From the human T2T-CHM13v2.0 reference genome, Homo sapiens, in assembly GCF_009914755.1 (NCBI RefSeq), contig NC_060927.1: 64,000 nucleotides of DNA; one strand, written 5' to 3'. Positions 13,427 through 29,215 of this stretch are shown here, in pieces. Made by a program: the position numbers and the translations under genes. The notes beneath the pieces were generated by a model. That model was not told where the DNA came from, did no database searches, and worked only from the letters and a program-made list of their open reading frames with translations. Position 1 is the stretch's first letter. Each line of letters begins with the position of its first letter.

Positions 13427-15369
13427 GAATGTTTCTAATATGGGCTTTTGCTTGTTACACTCTAACATACAGCTAGATTTGTAAACTTTTCATAAGAAAA
13501 AGTAAAGGGGAGTAGAGGAGCTAAGGAACAGAGTATTGAGAAATTGAAAGAGAGAGAGAGGAAGGGAAGGAAAATGTTGAAATGGAAAAAAGCAAGCAAG
13601 CAAGTCTAGGTTGTAATGTGTACCTTAGACAGATGTAGATAAGACTGTCATGAGACTTTGACTGCTACTGTACAATAACTTGGTTCCTCTAAATTCCTGC
13701 CAAAATTCCTAGTGGTTGAACCTGGATGAGCTAACATAATAAATATTATTGTAAAATCAGACTCAAATGAATTAGCGATCTTATTCAAAATCAGGGTGTA
13801 CTAATAATTTCAAGAAGACAAGCAATCAAGAGGCAGAGGAAAAGCAGGAAGAATGTCTAGAACAGTGAAGACAGTGTCAAGGCCCCTTGTTTCATATCAA
13901 GCACACATCTCTAGACCAGAACATCAACAGGGAATATTTAAGTTATAAGACATCTCCATTTTATACATCAAATGGTAGCATAGCTTATGTGACATTATGC
14001 ATATCTCATAAATCTATATATTCTACTTTTGTTTATAATAATTCTAAATCAGGACTAAAAGTATTCCATATAAAAGGACAATTTCTTGCATATACCATCA
14101 TACTACTTATCAGAATGTCCAGTTATTAAGTTTGCAAGCAAATGAGACCAAATGTCTTCTTCCCTTCCCCTTGTCGCCCTAGTACTGAGAGATAAATGGA
14201 TCTCAGGCTGGTTGCTTTAATTTCTTCATTCCCATTGGATATGAGGACATGATCCAAACAAGATCTATTCCCTGGGAATAGAATAATAAGAAAAATTCTC
14301 TTTTTTTCCTTCTTGAAATTTTAGTAAAAGCTGCTTACAAAAGTAGTATTCATGGGCCCTATGATGTACCATGGTTTAACATAGTGTCTTAAATGCTTTT
14401 AAACATTAAAACCTAATAAATGATTCTTCTATTACTTTAGTGATATAAATGCATGCATTATCATTGAGCCATGTCAAACATTATTAGTCTATTAATATAA
14501 ATGTCAAAATTGGCACAAATGTAAAGCCTATCAATTTTATGCCTTTTATTTTGTTACCACAAAACTGAGTCAACTAAGAGTGCTTGTGTTCTTTGATGTT
14601 AGAAGAGAATTTGTATTAATACAAATACAATTTCCATCTTTAGGTGTTTATAAGAATCATTTTTGAATAAGCATCATGAGAGGAATTTATATTTACATCT
14701 TCAGTGTGACACAGATAAAATTGTTTGATGCATGAAACAGTAATAATTCACAACTCATGTCCTAAAACTAATTCTAATAAAGATATGCAAACAATGCACA
14801 TGACATAATTTAAAAGATAACCCTGTGGAAAATCATAATTTACTTGAACAAGACCAAATGAATATTTTATAATCACATGAAATTCACTGGAATAAATAAC
14901 AAATAATTCATTACCAGAGCTTACATGATGTTAGGAATGAACACAATAAATGAAAGTACTCTATGAATTGCAATCAAATAACAAGAAAGAATATTTACTT
15001 AAATCCATAGTAAAACCAACTTCACCAATTTCTCTTTCAACTGTGTCAAAAATGGGTTCTAGTCTAATAAATGTAAAGCCATTTTTTCAAGGTGTGCCCA
15101 TAATATTGAAAAAGCAATATTTTTTTAAAATGTCATTAAAAACTAAACTTTAAATATGACACAATAATATTATTCTGAGTAGTACTTTGATATTATTCAT
15201 AACAAAAGTAGCATTAAATTTTTAGGGTTTAAAACAAAAGGCGTTATAATAAAAGGGATTGATAAAGCTTGGTGCAAAATTGTCTTTTAAAATTAGGCTA
15301 AGGAGGGAGTATAGTTCAAATGAAGTTCAAATGCACAATAAAAGTCTATCAGGGTTTTTCCTTAAAAGT

Positions 15370-15880
15370 TCATCAATATACAGTCTTTACTGAGCATATA
15401 TTATGGACCAGGCTGTATTCTGGGTACTGGGGTATAATTTATAAGACAGAGAATGTTCATACATTTTCTAATTAAAATTCCTTAAGAAGATCATGGAAAA
15501 TTAAACACTCTCAAAAATCACTGTAAATGGCTACATGGTTTTATAGAATGATATAATAGACAATAATTTTAGGATTACTTTAGGTGAAAGAAAAAGCCCT
15601 TCTGAGATGGTGATTCAATTTTAGATTTCAATCACATGAAACTGGCTAAATAAGCCACCCCAACCAGAGGGGACACAAGCGCCCTAAGGGGAGAACGTCT
15701 TCAAAGTATGAAACAAACAAACAAAACTAGTATGGCAAGAGCAAGAGAAGCTGCCAAAGAAGAGAGGAGATGGGCCCAGAAAAGTAGTCAGGGTCTTTAT
15801 AAGCTAGAAAGTGAGTAATTTTTCACTACATTCATTGAGTGCGTGGATCATAAAATTTAGTGAGGTACTGACACAATTTT
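15370..15880 (-). mobile_element. L2 3' fragment
   Basis: TTTACTGAGCA..CCAGGCTGTATTCTGGGTACTGGGG..AAGACAGA. Confidence 0.6.
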
Positions 15881-16152
15881 TTAACGTTATAACTTCATTT
15901 TCCCTCTTTCATTCATTCCATTTCACCTCTCTCTTCCATTTATTTATATTCTATGTATCTACACATGATTGCATATCTAGCTATAGAGCTATAATATACA
16001 CTTTTAAAATTAGAAAACTTAGTATTATTTATTTTAAAGTTGCAAACGTATAATTTGCACATACTGAAAAAATGGGAAAACAAACATAATTAAATTGACA
16101 TTGAGTTGCTATAAGTCAGGATCAGAAAATACATTTTCTAATGTAATTAGAT

Positions 16153-16802
16153 TATATTCATTTTCTATTATTATGTAACCAATTACTATGCATTATGTAG
16201 ATTAAGGCCTAAAAGAACTTACATTTATTATCTTACAGTTTTTGTATGTGAGAAGTTGGGGCTGAGCTTAACTGCATTTGCTGCTCAGGGTTTTGGAGGT
16301 AGCAGTGAAGGAACTGGTTGGGCTGTGTTTTAAGCTAAGTATATCCATCCAAGCTACCGCATGTTCTTGGCAGAATTCATTTCCTTATCGTTGTATAACT
16401 GAGGACCTTGTTTTCTTGCTTGCTTTTAAACTGGGGGACTTTTTCGGCTCCCTTTGGCCACACACAGCCTTTTACCATATGCCTTTCTCACAACATACCA
16501 GCTTACTTCTTCGGAGACAGAAACAATATTTTGATTCTATCTTCCAGGACAGAATCTTATCTGACAAACATGCAACTGGTTGTTCATCATCTCTGCCTTA
16601 TAATATAGCTTAATCAAAGGAGCCATGTCTCATTCACCTCTTCTGTAAAATAGCCTAGTCTCAAGAGTGACATCCTATTATTGTCAACAGATGCTATTGG
16701 TTAGAAGAAAGTCATAGATACCAGTCACACACAATGGATTATAAAGGGTGCAACACCAGAGTACTGATATTATGAAACTATCTGAGAAATTCTCCAACCA
16801 TA
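16153..16802 (-). mobile_element. MLT1E-like MaLR solo LTR
   Basis: ACATTTATTATCTTACAGTT, TTGGCAGAATTCATTTCCTT, CTATTGGTTAGAAGAAAGTCA. Confidence 0.8.
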
Positions 16803-17149
16803 CCTATTTGATACTTCAAAAATTATATGCAATAGACTCTCATATCATTAAGTTACTCTGCAATTCAAAATCAGTATAGCTACTCTCAACAACTCTAATA
16901 CTTAAACTATAATACACAACATGCTATAGGTTATCCAAAAAATTTTTAACATACCTGAAAGAGGTTTGCTAAACTCTACTGATTGTGGATTTGTCTAATT
17001 TTATTGTTTAGTTTTGTCAAACTTTGCTTTATAGATTTTTAAATTATATTACTAGGTATATGCCCATTTAGGATTGTTTTACCTTCTGGTGGAATTGACT
17101 TGTAATCATGACAAAGTACTCTTTTTCTCTAGTAATATTTCTTGCCTTA

Positions 17150-17480
<331 letters not shown>

Positions 17481-17741
17481 AAAAACTATTAGGACTACTA
17501 TTTTCATAACATGTATTTCTCCATATTTTTACATTTAATCCATTCAGCCAAACTCTGCCTTTTAATTGAAAATTATAATCCATTTCCATTTAATGTATTA
17601 ATATGTAACTTGTACCTTTTTGTTATTTGTATTCCAAATGTCTTATATGTTTTTTGTTCTTCAGCCTTCCCTCTATTACCTTTTTTGTGTTAGAAATACA
17701 TTTTCTAGCATATAATTTTAATTTCTGTCATTTCTTTTAGC

Positions 17742-17822
17742 ATATATGTTATATATACATTATATACATGTATATGTGTATATATGTATATATATGTGTA
17801 TATATATGTGTGTATATATATG
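17742..17822. repeat. (TA)n/(TG)n compound low-complexity repeat
   Basis: Seen directly. Confidence 0.85.
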
Positions 17823-19679
17823 TCATTCAGCACAAATGACTACATTTAGCATTTCCTGTTGAGAAGTTTTGCTAGAGCTGGACTCTTTCTTTGTTGATCT
17901 GTTAATGTTTTAATTTCTTTTCACCTTAAAAATTTAGATTTTCAGGATATAGAATCATTGATTAACAGTTTTTTTTTCTATTATACAAATTAGATATGTC
18001 ATTGACTGCCTTCTGGCCTCCAGGCTTTCCGAAGAGACTCAGCTGTTAATCTAATTAAGGATCTCATGTATGTGACAAATTACTTCTCTTTAGTTTCAAG
18101 AGTTGTTCTGTCGTAGTAGGGATTTCTGAGTTTATTCTATTGGGTTATATTGAGCCTCATTATGTGTAGATTAATATTCTTTGTCAAATTTGGAATTTTT
18201 AAGTCGTTATTTTGTCAGATCTTCCTTTGCCACTTGCTATTCTTATTCTTCTTGGACTCCCATTATTCATATGTTTGTACATTTGATTTGTTTTCAAAGC
18301 TTCCTCACATGAATAATCTCAACTGACCTATTTTTAAGTTCACTACTCTCTCTTCTGATGTTCGAATCTGCTTTTGAATCCTTCTAGTAAACTTTTTAAA
18401 GTTATTTTATTATTAAGTGCAAAATTTCTGTTTAGCTTCATCTTGTGTATTTTTTTTTCTATTTGTTGAGACACTGTTACTATGGTTTTGTTTAGTTCTT
18501 TGGATACGACTTCCTTCAGCTCTTTTAACATATTTAAATAGCTGGTTTAAATTCTTTTCTAGTAAGTCCAACCTGCGACTTCCTCAGGGATAGCTATTGT
18601 TAATTGAATTTTTCTACTGAATGGGTATACACTCTTGTTTCTTTGTATGCCTCTTAAGTTTCTGTTAAATATTTGATATTTTAAATATAATAATATGCAA
18701 AATCTGGAAACCAACTGCTCCCTTTTCCCCAGGGTTTGCTGTTTTTACCCTGTTGTATTTGTTGTTTCTTTGGTGAAATTTGCAAACTAACTTCATGAAG
18801 TTTATACTCTTAATCCTGGGTCTGCTAAAATCTGTTCCATTTGTCCATTAGTCAGCTAATTATTAGACAGTGTTTTAAAAACAATTTATTTAACAAAAAA
18901 TAGTCTCCCACTGTTTGAAAAGGAGTTCTGTATGTTGCATACCCTCAACATTTGTTCAGGAAGTTTTCAACTCTATCTTAGCTTTTACTTACTGTTTGCA
19001 GAGAATCTAAAGGTTAGCCAAAGGTGAGAGTTTAGAGCCCTGCCATGTCTTTTCTCATAATGCACATAACCCAGGGTATGCATGTGGTCTTATACTTTCT
19101 CGGGAATATACTGGGTCATTTTAAGCTCTTATTCCCTAAAGCATCTTATTCCCCAGCATTTTATCCTAAGCATTTTGGTTAGTCTACTGTTTGCTTCAGT
19201 TGTTATCCCCTGCTTCAGGAAGCAGAGACTAGAACATATAGCTGTAAATATTTTCAACAACGCTTTCTGGGATTTCGCTTTTGCCATAAACAAGTTTCCA
19301 GTCAGATAAGATAAAGAAACATATTCTGAATAGTTTTTTTTAGGAAGTAACCAAAGAATTCCATGTGAATGAGGTCCATTCTGTCCACTCAGGTACTGGC
19401 AACTAGAATGAAGGACGTTAGTTTCAAGGCTGTTGCTGAGCTAGGAAGCAGAGGAAGGGACTAGGATGAGTTAAGGCACCACAATAATTATACTTCTTAC
19501 CAAGAATATGTTGTTTTGTCAATTTAACACTTCCCACGTTGATGCAAGATATTGGCTAGATGCCAGAGCTCAAAAAAATTAGATACAGAGTATTTTTGAC
19601 AACATTTTTCATTGTTTTATGGAAGGGTTGAATTCTGAATTTTCTTACTCTGTTGTATTTTCCCCTAGCTCTATTGTGT

Positions 19680-19743
19680 ATAAAATTCTAACTTGGCAGT
19701 TTTTGTTTTGTTTTTTTTCTTTCAGCAATTTTATTGTGTAACT

Positions 19744-19781
<38 letters not shown>

Positions 19782-20400
19782 TCTACTTCAGTATTTTTCA
19801 TTTTGGAAAGTCAAAATTTTATCTTATTTTTTCTGCTTTAAACATAATGTGTATTTTCCTTCTGAACATTTTAAAGATCTATTTGATCTATTTATTTATT
19901 CATTCATATATTTAAATATTTTTAGGATACTGATTGAGTTTGTAGCACGTACCTCTTGAACCTTAGTTTTCTTAGTTAGTTATGAAATATTTTCAAAACT
20001 GCTCCATTATTTTCAATTATTCTTCTGACCCATCTCTATGTTCTTCTCCATCTCAAATTCACAAGTTATAGGTATGTAGGGTCTTTTTATTATCTTTTAT
20101 TTTACTTATCAGTATGTTCCTTGTTTTTGTTGTTATTGCTTTTTAAATTTTTGACTTTGTGTGAATATTTTTGTACTGATTTATCTTTCACTAATTATTT
20201 ATTCAGCTCTGACCATACAGGAGTTAATTATTAGGTTTAGTGTTTCAATTTCGAATTTTCACTTGGTATTAATTTGTGTTCTAAAATATTGTGCTGAAAT
20301 TCTCCATGTTCTCTATAAGTCCTTAAAATATTAATTATAACTATTTTGAAGTATTTTTTATAGCCAGGAACTATTACACAGCTCTGATTTTTTTCAATTT
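19680..20400 (-). mobile_element. Degenerate L1ME-like ORF1 fragment with poly(T) at ~19747-19774
   Basis: TTGGCAGTTTTT..CTTTCAGCA, TACTGATTTATCTTTCA..ATTCAGCT, GCTGAAATTCTCCAT. Confidence 0.5.
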
Positions 20401-23400
20401 TAGTTATATTTTGTTGTTTCTAATACTAGTCGTCTCTCTTTTTCCTTGTATTTTTCTTATTAAATTTTGGAAGTTAACTAAAATATATATATATATATAT
20501 ATTTGCTTTTAGCATTATGTGCAATGCTGCAAAATCTTTATAGATATTATGTTTTTGCTTCCAAATTGTAGGTAGTTTAAGTGCATTAGAAGTACCAAGT
20601 GAACTTAATATGTAACAGAATAAAGGAACTCAAAACCAAACTTTAGTCCTTTGATGGATAATCTACTTTCCACTTAGATTTGCCTCTGCATCCCAACAAA
20701 ATTCTGAGTTGTGACCCAAGTTTTTTCTTCTAGTTGGAGTCTGAATTTGCTGCTGTGCTTCACAGCCCCATGAGTCTGTCAAAATCACTACTTAGTTCCT
20801 TAACCTTTCCACTTCCATTTTGACCTTTGGGGGAAAAGTGAGGGAAAATGACCAATGCTGATATTTTCTACAACTCCATTTTGAACATTTTTTTTTTTAG
20901 AAATGCTAAATTATTCTCAGTGAAATATTTATCTGAAACTAGCTGATTTAAAATTCTGGATGGAGAATATCTTTTATTTATGGAATTTGAGGATATATTG
21001 CATAACTCATATTATTCATAATAAGTACATTTTTATTTTACAATCTATACTTCATTTTGCATTTTACAATATATACTTCACTTTGTTGTGTTACTTAATG
21101 CATTTTGCCCTGAATTCATCTTCATATTATATTAATAAATTGTAACTCTGATTTTGCAGTTATTCTTATCCTAGTGTACTTTCACCCATTAAAAAAAGTT
21201 TAATATCTTCAATCGTTTGTTTTTGATGTAAAATGTACATAAAGAATACAGTTTGGTTATGTCATATAATCTAATTTTAGGCTTTTAAAAATATTTCTAA
21301 CTGAACTAGTGCAATTACATTTATTTCTAAAAAATTGTAATGTCTTATACTCTATTACTAGTTTTGTTATATTACTTCTTTTTTATTTTAATTCTGTGTT
21401 TCTGTTACTGCTAATATTTGGAATATTTGTGAATGGTCTTAATTTAATCACTATGTTATCATTTTTTATCACTGTAATTTGGGGAGAATTATCTAATTTT
21501 TGTGCCCAAGATTTGTTATCTATAAAATTATTGTAGTAATGATACCTAACCAAGATTATGGTGAAGATTTAATGTATGGATTAACAAAACACATTAAATT
21601 AATATCAACAAAAGTCTAAGTTTTTAATAATGGTCTCTTTGTTGAGAATATTTTTCCAAAGAACTATGCTGTGTTTCCTTATGTTGTGTCAAAACATCTT
21701 TTATTTTTGGAAAGATTTCTCAGATCATGTATTAGATTTTTTTAGAAATGTGTTGTTTCCTTGGAAAATTAGTTATGTTTAGATGAGTCATTTTTGGTAT
21801 AGCTCTCACTTTCTCCTAAATTTTTTCAAAGAATCTTTTTTTTTTTCAATTGTACTTCATTTTGCCCACATTTCTAAATATTGGCCCCTATTACTTTTAC
21901 TATCTTTTTATCCATAGTATTTCTATATATACTGATTCCAATAAAGTCATTAACTCTCTGATGTTTTGACTATGCGATTTCATTTACTCCTTAAATGATT
22001 TTTAACCATCTATTTGGTTGTTAATTTCCAGTGCAATTTTGAGGCTATTGTGCAATCTTTGGTTTTATCTTTACTTTATTTATTTATTTTTTTAGTTCAT
22101 GGTTATATGGGTTCATGGCTTCCTATCTGTCATTTTGCCCTAGTCCTTTCTTTTCCTTTTCTTTTTTTTTTCTTGAACTCTTTTTTTTGTAGAGATTCTG
22201 TGCTGGTTTCTGTTGAATAAAACTTATCTTTCAATCATGTGTGTATTTTTAATCTGTTCTTGTGTAAAGGGATTAGAGCAATGCTGTGGAGTAGCAAAAA
22301 TTCTCACTGATTCAAATCAACACTCTTTTTGATGTGAGTAAGTTTATGTGTGTAATTTATTGTGGTATTTACTCTTTCTAGTTGACAGTGTTTAACTGCT
22401 GAGTCTATTCGTAATTTTCTTTTCAACCAGTATCATCAAGTAATGGCTTTCTATAAAGTAGCATGGTTGGGTATCTCTATCATTCCTTGGTGTAGTATCC
22501 CCCTACTATTTTTTACAAAATGAATTTAGGGAATTTCTTGGAGACAACACATAAAATCCACATCGGCTATTGCAAAGGAGAAATTCTTGGGGAAAAAAAG
22601 GATCTTCTGACTTTGAGCCCCAGTGCAAGAGAATATTCACTCCAATAGAAGCTATTCTTTGGACCATCTGTGAAGTACCTTGCTTAACCCTCTCCAATAG
22701 AAAAAAAAAATTCTAGAGAAATACATAGGGTAGAAATTGAAAGATGTTTCTCAATATCAACACAGCATTTATAAGTCCAACAAATGAGAGAGGTATAAAA
22801 GATAGAAGATTTACACAAATAAAATGTGTTGTCAAATATTATTTGAAAAATTTCTCCAAGTGACATTTTGATACAAAAAGGTAATTTTGAAGAAAAGATT
22901 TTGGAGATTAAATTTTTATTAATATGAAAAGCTGTTATGAATTGTGGGGTAAAGGTTAAAGGCCCTGAGTAGATTAAAAAAAAAAGACTAAAGCTTAAAA
23001 AAAAGGCATTGAAAAAGTCTCTGTGATGGCAGTAATCTAGAGCGATGTTAAGATTAATTACATATGTTATTTAGCTTTCTTATTTGTGGAACTTTGCATA
23101 ACATCCCGTTTGTTACTCAGAATTTTAGTAAAATTTTGCAACATACATATGCATTCGATCAATGTTTTTTTAGGAAACTAATGAGGAAAAGTATCTCCAC
23201 ACTCTGCCTTGAATTATTTGGATAAATAACAACTGAAAAGGGGAAATAAAAGCTAGAATCAGGCAGCAATGAAAAGGCACTCGGGTAATAGATTGACTGA
23301 AAAGTAAGACAAATGTATTTGCTTTAGAGAAGGTCTACATGGACCTACTAACTTAGATTGAAATTTGAGCCACTTCTATTTACATATAAGAATAAATGTT

Positions 23401-26400
23401 TCTTCACAAACCTGGAGAAGTTGAAAACCTATAGTCATCAATATTACACTTGGGCTTGAGGTCGGCAAGATTTTTCAAACAGATTAATCAGTCTCATTTA
23501 TGAGTAAGTTAAATTTTGTAACAACAAGAAATGAAATCCATGCATGAGGAATAAAACTCCATTGAGCTGGATGTCATTGGATAAATGAAAAACAACAGGC
23601 TTCTCAAACATTTATTGTATGGTGAGCTGAAGAAGTAAAATAAAAGCAGCTTGGAAAGAAGTATAAATTTAAGCATATAGAAAAGTACAATTCCACACAA
23701 TACAGTAAATTTGTGGGCTGCTGGGAAATAGTTGCAACAGTTAATCTTAAAATAAAGCAATAAATAAATAGGTTATTTTTTAAGCTAAGCTGTTGAAAGT
23801 ATCATATGTATCAGAGACATTCCTCCAAATAGCAATAGACTTAGCAGTTTTATTCTTAAAATAAAACCAATCATATTCTGTATTTAATTTATTAATTCAA
23901 GACTCACCTATGGTTCTACTGTGAAGGAAAATAATATGTTAAGATTAAGAAATAAGATGTATTATATATTAAAGGAAGCAAAAATCTTACAAAGAAGTTT
24001 AAGAATAGTCAATTCATATAAAATAAAGAATTTAGGAGTTTCATCTATTAATTGCAGTTTGGACTCAAATATTCTTGGTCATATTGTAATGCAAGCCAAA
24101 GTGTACTTTAGCTGGCAGTGGGAGTCAATGTGAGTGGCCATGTTTTTATTTGTTTGCTGATTGTTCTTTTCATTTTCCTTCATTGTTATTATTGTTTTTA
24201 AATCATTTGGCTAAGGCTGTTAGTGGAACATTTGGTTTGGAGGGCATGTTTGCATCTATTGACACCAGTGATTATTAATACAATAATATCTTAACATGAG
24301 TGAGACTGTCAAATATATATAAATATTATTGTTGTTTGAAATGTTTGAGTTTCAGCCTAATTAAAAACGATTAGAAGATAACCAGTTTTACCATCTGCTT
24401 ATCAGTACTGAGTTGACCACGATGACTTACAGAGCAAGTTATCTGAAGCCACTCAGTGTTTTCTAATTACTGTATTCTAAGTTAAGGGAACATCAATAAT
24501 TTTTGTATATTAATGCTGCATTATTTTGAATGTTTTAGTTTATAATCCTATATGTATTAAAATTTCTGAAAAATTTAATGCATCAAATACTCATTTTTAT
24601 GAAATGAAAAAAATTAAAGTTGATATTGGTTTTAGGTATTTATTTTAAAACTAATGCACAGATTTTATAGAGTAGTTTTCTTTTTTCTTTTTTTTTTTTT
24701 TGGTTGCTAAGTAACCCCACAGTATGAAAAGCTAGGGAGTATTCCCATAACTTACTTTATGTATTATAGTTTGAGGATTTTAATAATCCATTGTTGTCTA
24801 TTAGGTGCAATCTGCTGCATCCTGTTATTGCTGTGTGCCCTCTGAGCAGTAATTCTATTATATTTTCTTTAAATATCTGTGAGATTGATCATTACTGACT
24901 ATACATCTTTTCAGGATGCTGTCTATGGCTAGAGCTAAAGTATTTCAACACTGTTCTTTATATTAGAAACAATAAACAAGGGCAAATATGTATCATATAT
25001 GTTACTATATTTGGCATGGGCACTTATAATTTATTTTCAATGTGCAAAAATAATCAAAAATTCCAAATAAATTTCAACAATATTTAAAAAATAAAATTCA
25101 ACTATTTGTATTATCTATTAATCTCCAATACATATTTAACCATTATAGTATTTTGCTCCACATGTGTGTATGCACGTATTTGTACATTATATATGTATGA
25201 AATTATAAATGTATTCAAGGAAGTTAAAAATAAATGTACACATTTATTTACATAGTGGAGAATTCAGGCAAAACAACATCTAATATGAAAATATAATTCA
25301 AATCCCAAATTCCAAGAATCCTAAATGCTTTCAAAAGACTAATTTAGCACAGTAAATATATAGCAAGCTGCTAAGTAGAAATACATATTAAGACTGAAGC
25401 TTAGGAAACGCTAAGAAATGCTGCAATAAAATAAAATCTTAAATTTCAGCAGCTTGACACAGCAAATTTTACTTCTCCACCATACAACATACACAGAGCA
25501 GAGCAACAGAGTCCCCACAATTGTGCATGTTCATATTTATGTGATGTCCAGGCTACAGACACAAAAAGAATAATGATCCAATCAGTTATCACACACGTAA
25601 ATATTAAGTTATATACCTTATGCTTGTAACTCCTGCCATAATGCCTATGCAAGAATAGAATATCTAATATGATTGAGAAAAAAAACTGGGTAAGCAATAT
25701 TTATTCTACATGAAACCCACTTTGTGTTAGGTATTCTTTAAGAGGATACTCTAACCTATGCAGTGGCATTAGGCAATTTCAACACCTCAGTGGCTAAACA
25801 CAGTACCATTTTCTTATTCATTCTTTACTTCATGAGAGAGTGCTGCGGCTATGTTACTATAATAGTCACTCAAGGACTAGATTTATCTAAATATGTTTCC
25901 ATGAATGCTGAAGTACAAAAGGAATTAATAAAATTGCATGCTGTTTCTTAAACTTTTTTTTCCATATGTTATCATGGTATGTGCTCTCAGTTATTTGGCT
26001 GAAATAAGTAACATGGCCGTTGCCTAACAGTGTCCAAAGAAAGAGAACACCAAAAATATTGGGAAAGTGACAAAGACTTAAGTAAGAAAATGAAATGTCT
26101 CTAAATCATATATGTTTTAAAATACATTTTAATTTTTTTCAACTTTTATTATTCACATTACTATATGCCACTATGTGTGTGTATGTGTATACACATACCC
26201 ATAGAAAATTAACATTTTGGAGTTAATGGTGAGTTATGGTATCAAATTTATCTGTATTCGCATTCATTTTTACTTACTCAGTATCATTTTAAGTAGGAAT
26301 GTCTTCATTGATATATCTATAGTACATTTCACATCTATTCTCACCTGGGAATATTTCATAAGATTTGCCCTATGAAAAAAGCTGTTGTTGTTAGTGAAAC

Positions 26401-27075
26401 ACACAGAGCAACCCTGACAGTGATTGAGAAAAATCAATTTCATCAGAACTATGAAAACATAAGCAGAACTACAGAAAACATAAAATTGTTCTAAAGAAAA
26501 AGTGTTATTGATTTTTTTATCATGACACAAGCAAAATGTACAATTCTATATACCTTTTTCCATCTCATTCATTTTTATTCACTTTTTCTCACCAAGGAAA
26601 AACAAAACGTTTCAATCTATATTTATTTTATTGATATATTTTATTTTAAAATAGGTTGGATGATATATATTTCTTTGAGTTTTATACTATGTTTCATATG
26701 GATGATGTTATAACTCTTGATGTTTTAGGTTATTTTTAGGCTAGGTATAAATTGTTAATCAATCAAAGAGATTTAATAATTTATGAAGTCCCTCAATAAT
26801 ATTTAAAAATGTAAGGGAAAAAGACAAATACATAGTCTGAAATTTAGTCCATTGCTATCAATTAACTTATTAATGTTATCTTATAATATTAAATTAATGC
26901 ACACAATTATTTGATACAATTGAATTCCAATTGTGCTAATAAAAAGAGTCACACATATAAATAAAGAAGTATTCCATTGTTCTGACAAGTTGCATTTAAA
27001 CTACTGGCAAAGTAGGACTTTTAAAATACCCCGACATAACTGTCATTCAATACAGAGGTCCATGAGGTTTTTTTT

Positions 27076-27367
27076 TTTTTAATCCACGAGTAACAGTAAG
27101 AATCAGTGATGTAAAATATTTTGTGTGGCTAATAACAAAGTTTTCTTTTTCACTACTAAATTCAGAGAGACACTAAATAGCAAATTCATTTAAAAATGTA
27201 TACTGTATGCCTAAAATACAGCAGCTCTGCAAAAGACACTGGAAAGTTGGGGAAAAGCAGAAGATATTCAATTAACCAGTACTTTCATAGCTTAAATCCC
27301 CTTGAGAAAACAATAAAGAATATTTTACTGGAGGATATAACTTAGCATCTCATCTACTGAATTTGCA
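27076..27367 (+). repeat. Donor copy of a ~290-bp dispersed direct duplication
   Basis: Aligns end to end with 29216-29505; hand count ~34 differences (~88% identity). Confidence 0.95.
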
Positions 27368-29215
27368 CGTTTTCAATATAATCAATTTTATTTCAGATAA
27401 AATAAAGTTTAAAGTATATGTGAAAAAGACAAAATTTTAATTGTCAAATATATTGTCATAAATCCTAATTTATTGACAAATATTAAAAATGACATATAGC
27501 ATCTTTGAAAAAATACAGAATTTGAAATCATTACGCTAAGGAGGCAATGACTAAATGTTGGTTTCTTGAAAGCACAATAATTTAATAATAAGGCAATATT
27601 ATAAAAAATGCTTGATATTTTTTGACCAAATAACAGATTTAGATATCAAGATCTTATATTGAAATGAGAACTATTTTAAAAAGAAATCACTGAACAAAGG
27701 TATATACCTGTATATTGATATAACTTTTTCTTAAACCTTTCTAAAGGAACTTTTTGGAAGGCACCAGAAGTAAAATAGCTAAGAGGAAAGAGAATAAACG
27801 AAGAATCAATATATGGAGAACTAACTGGGGAGAACTTTTGACATATGTATGAATTTTTGCCTTATATTGCAGAGGCGGTTTTTAAATTTAAATTATAACT
27901 TAAGACTTCTGTTTCTAATTCCAGATGTACATTTAAGTTTTGCAATCACTCCTTAACATGTGATTTATGTAATCATCATCTGATTACATAATTTATGTTA
28001 CATGAAATGCTTTAAATCATGAAAAAAAAACACTATGAGAGAAGATTTTTGTATCTCCCATACAAAAAAAAATAAAGATTTAGCATTTTCATCAAACTAT
28101 GAGGAGAAAATGTTTTGAATTATATTAGAATATCTAATGCTCAATTATTTGATGCTTTTTGGAGGTATAATTTGTTTATTATATTGCAGATACCTTGTTT
28201 GATAGGGGTTTATTTCACATCCTGAGTTCTAGATAGTAACCGTCATAATAAAATAAACACAACCCGTCTGTATATGTGTATGGGTATTATTTAATTTCTT
28301 TCATCAGCATTTTGTAATTTTTATCATTAATCTCCTTTACATGTTTTGTTAGACATGTACCTTAATATCTCATTTTGTTGGGAGTAATGGCAATTGTTAT
28401 ATTTTGGTACTAGCTTCTAGATGCTTGTAAGTATGTGAAGATGCAAATAATTCTTCTGTGCAGCCTTACTGAAATAATTATTACTTCCAGTAGTTTTTTC
28501 GTATAAGGCTTGGGAATTTCTATATGTGTAATTATGCCATCTGCAGAGATGGTTCTATTTATTTGTTTTCAATTTGTATACATATTTTTCTTGCTTTATT
28601 GAAATGGCTAGATTCTATATTACATACTACGTTGACCTTGAATGATGAAAGCAGATGTCCTTTTCCTGTTTTTGACCTTAGAGAAAAGCATTTATTTTTT
28701 ACTACTAAGTATGGTAATAATTGTAGGTTTTTCTGAAAAGGTTTTTCATGAAGTTAAGGAAGTTTCGCTGTATTTCTAGTGTACTGAGACTTATCAGCAT
28801 GTTGAATTTTGCCAAATGCTTATTTTTGTGCCAATTGGTAAGATTATATGATTTTTCTTCTTTCATCTATTTCTATAGTGAATTATGTTGACTGATTTTT
28901 TAAAAAAATACTGATCCAGCCATTCATATCCAGAATATGTCTCCCTTAGTTATGGTGTATTATTTGCATTTATGCTTTGTTGAATTCAATTTTGAAGTTT
29001 TTTGAGTAATTTCATGAGAGACATTAGTACATGGTTTTCCTCTTTTTTTTTTTTTTTTTGGTACTCTGGTTTTATAAGAGCAGGACTGTAATGTAATAAT
29101 GGCCTCAAAAAATTAGTTGAGAAGTGTCTCCTCCTACTCTCTTATCTAGGAAAAAATGTATTAAATTGCTGCAAAATTTTCTTTGAATGTGTGGTAAAAT
29201 TATCCTGTGAAACCA

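Noticed and set aside
20400-23700. Possible HAL1 or old L1 5' fragments
   Set aside because: Composition is suggestive but too degenerate to support boundaries or a family call
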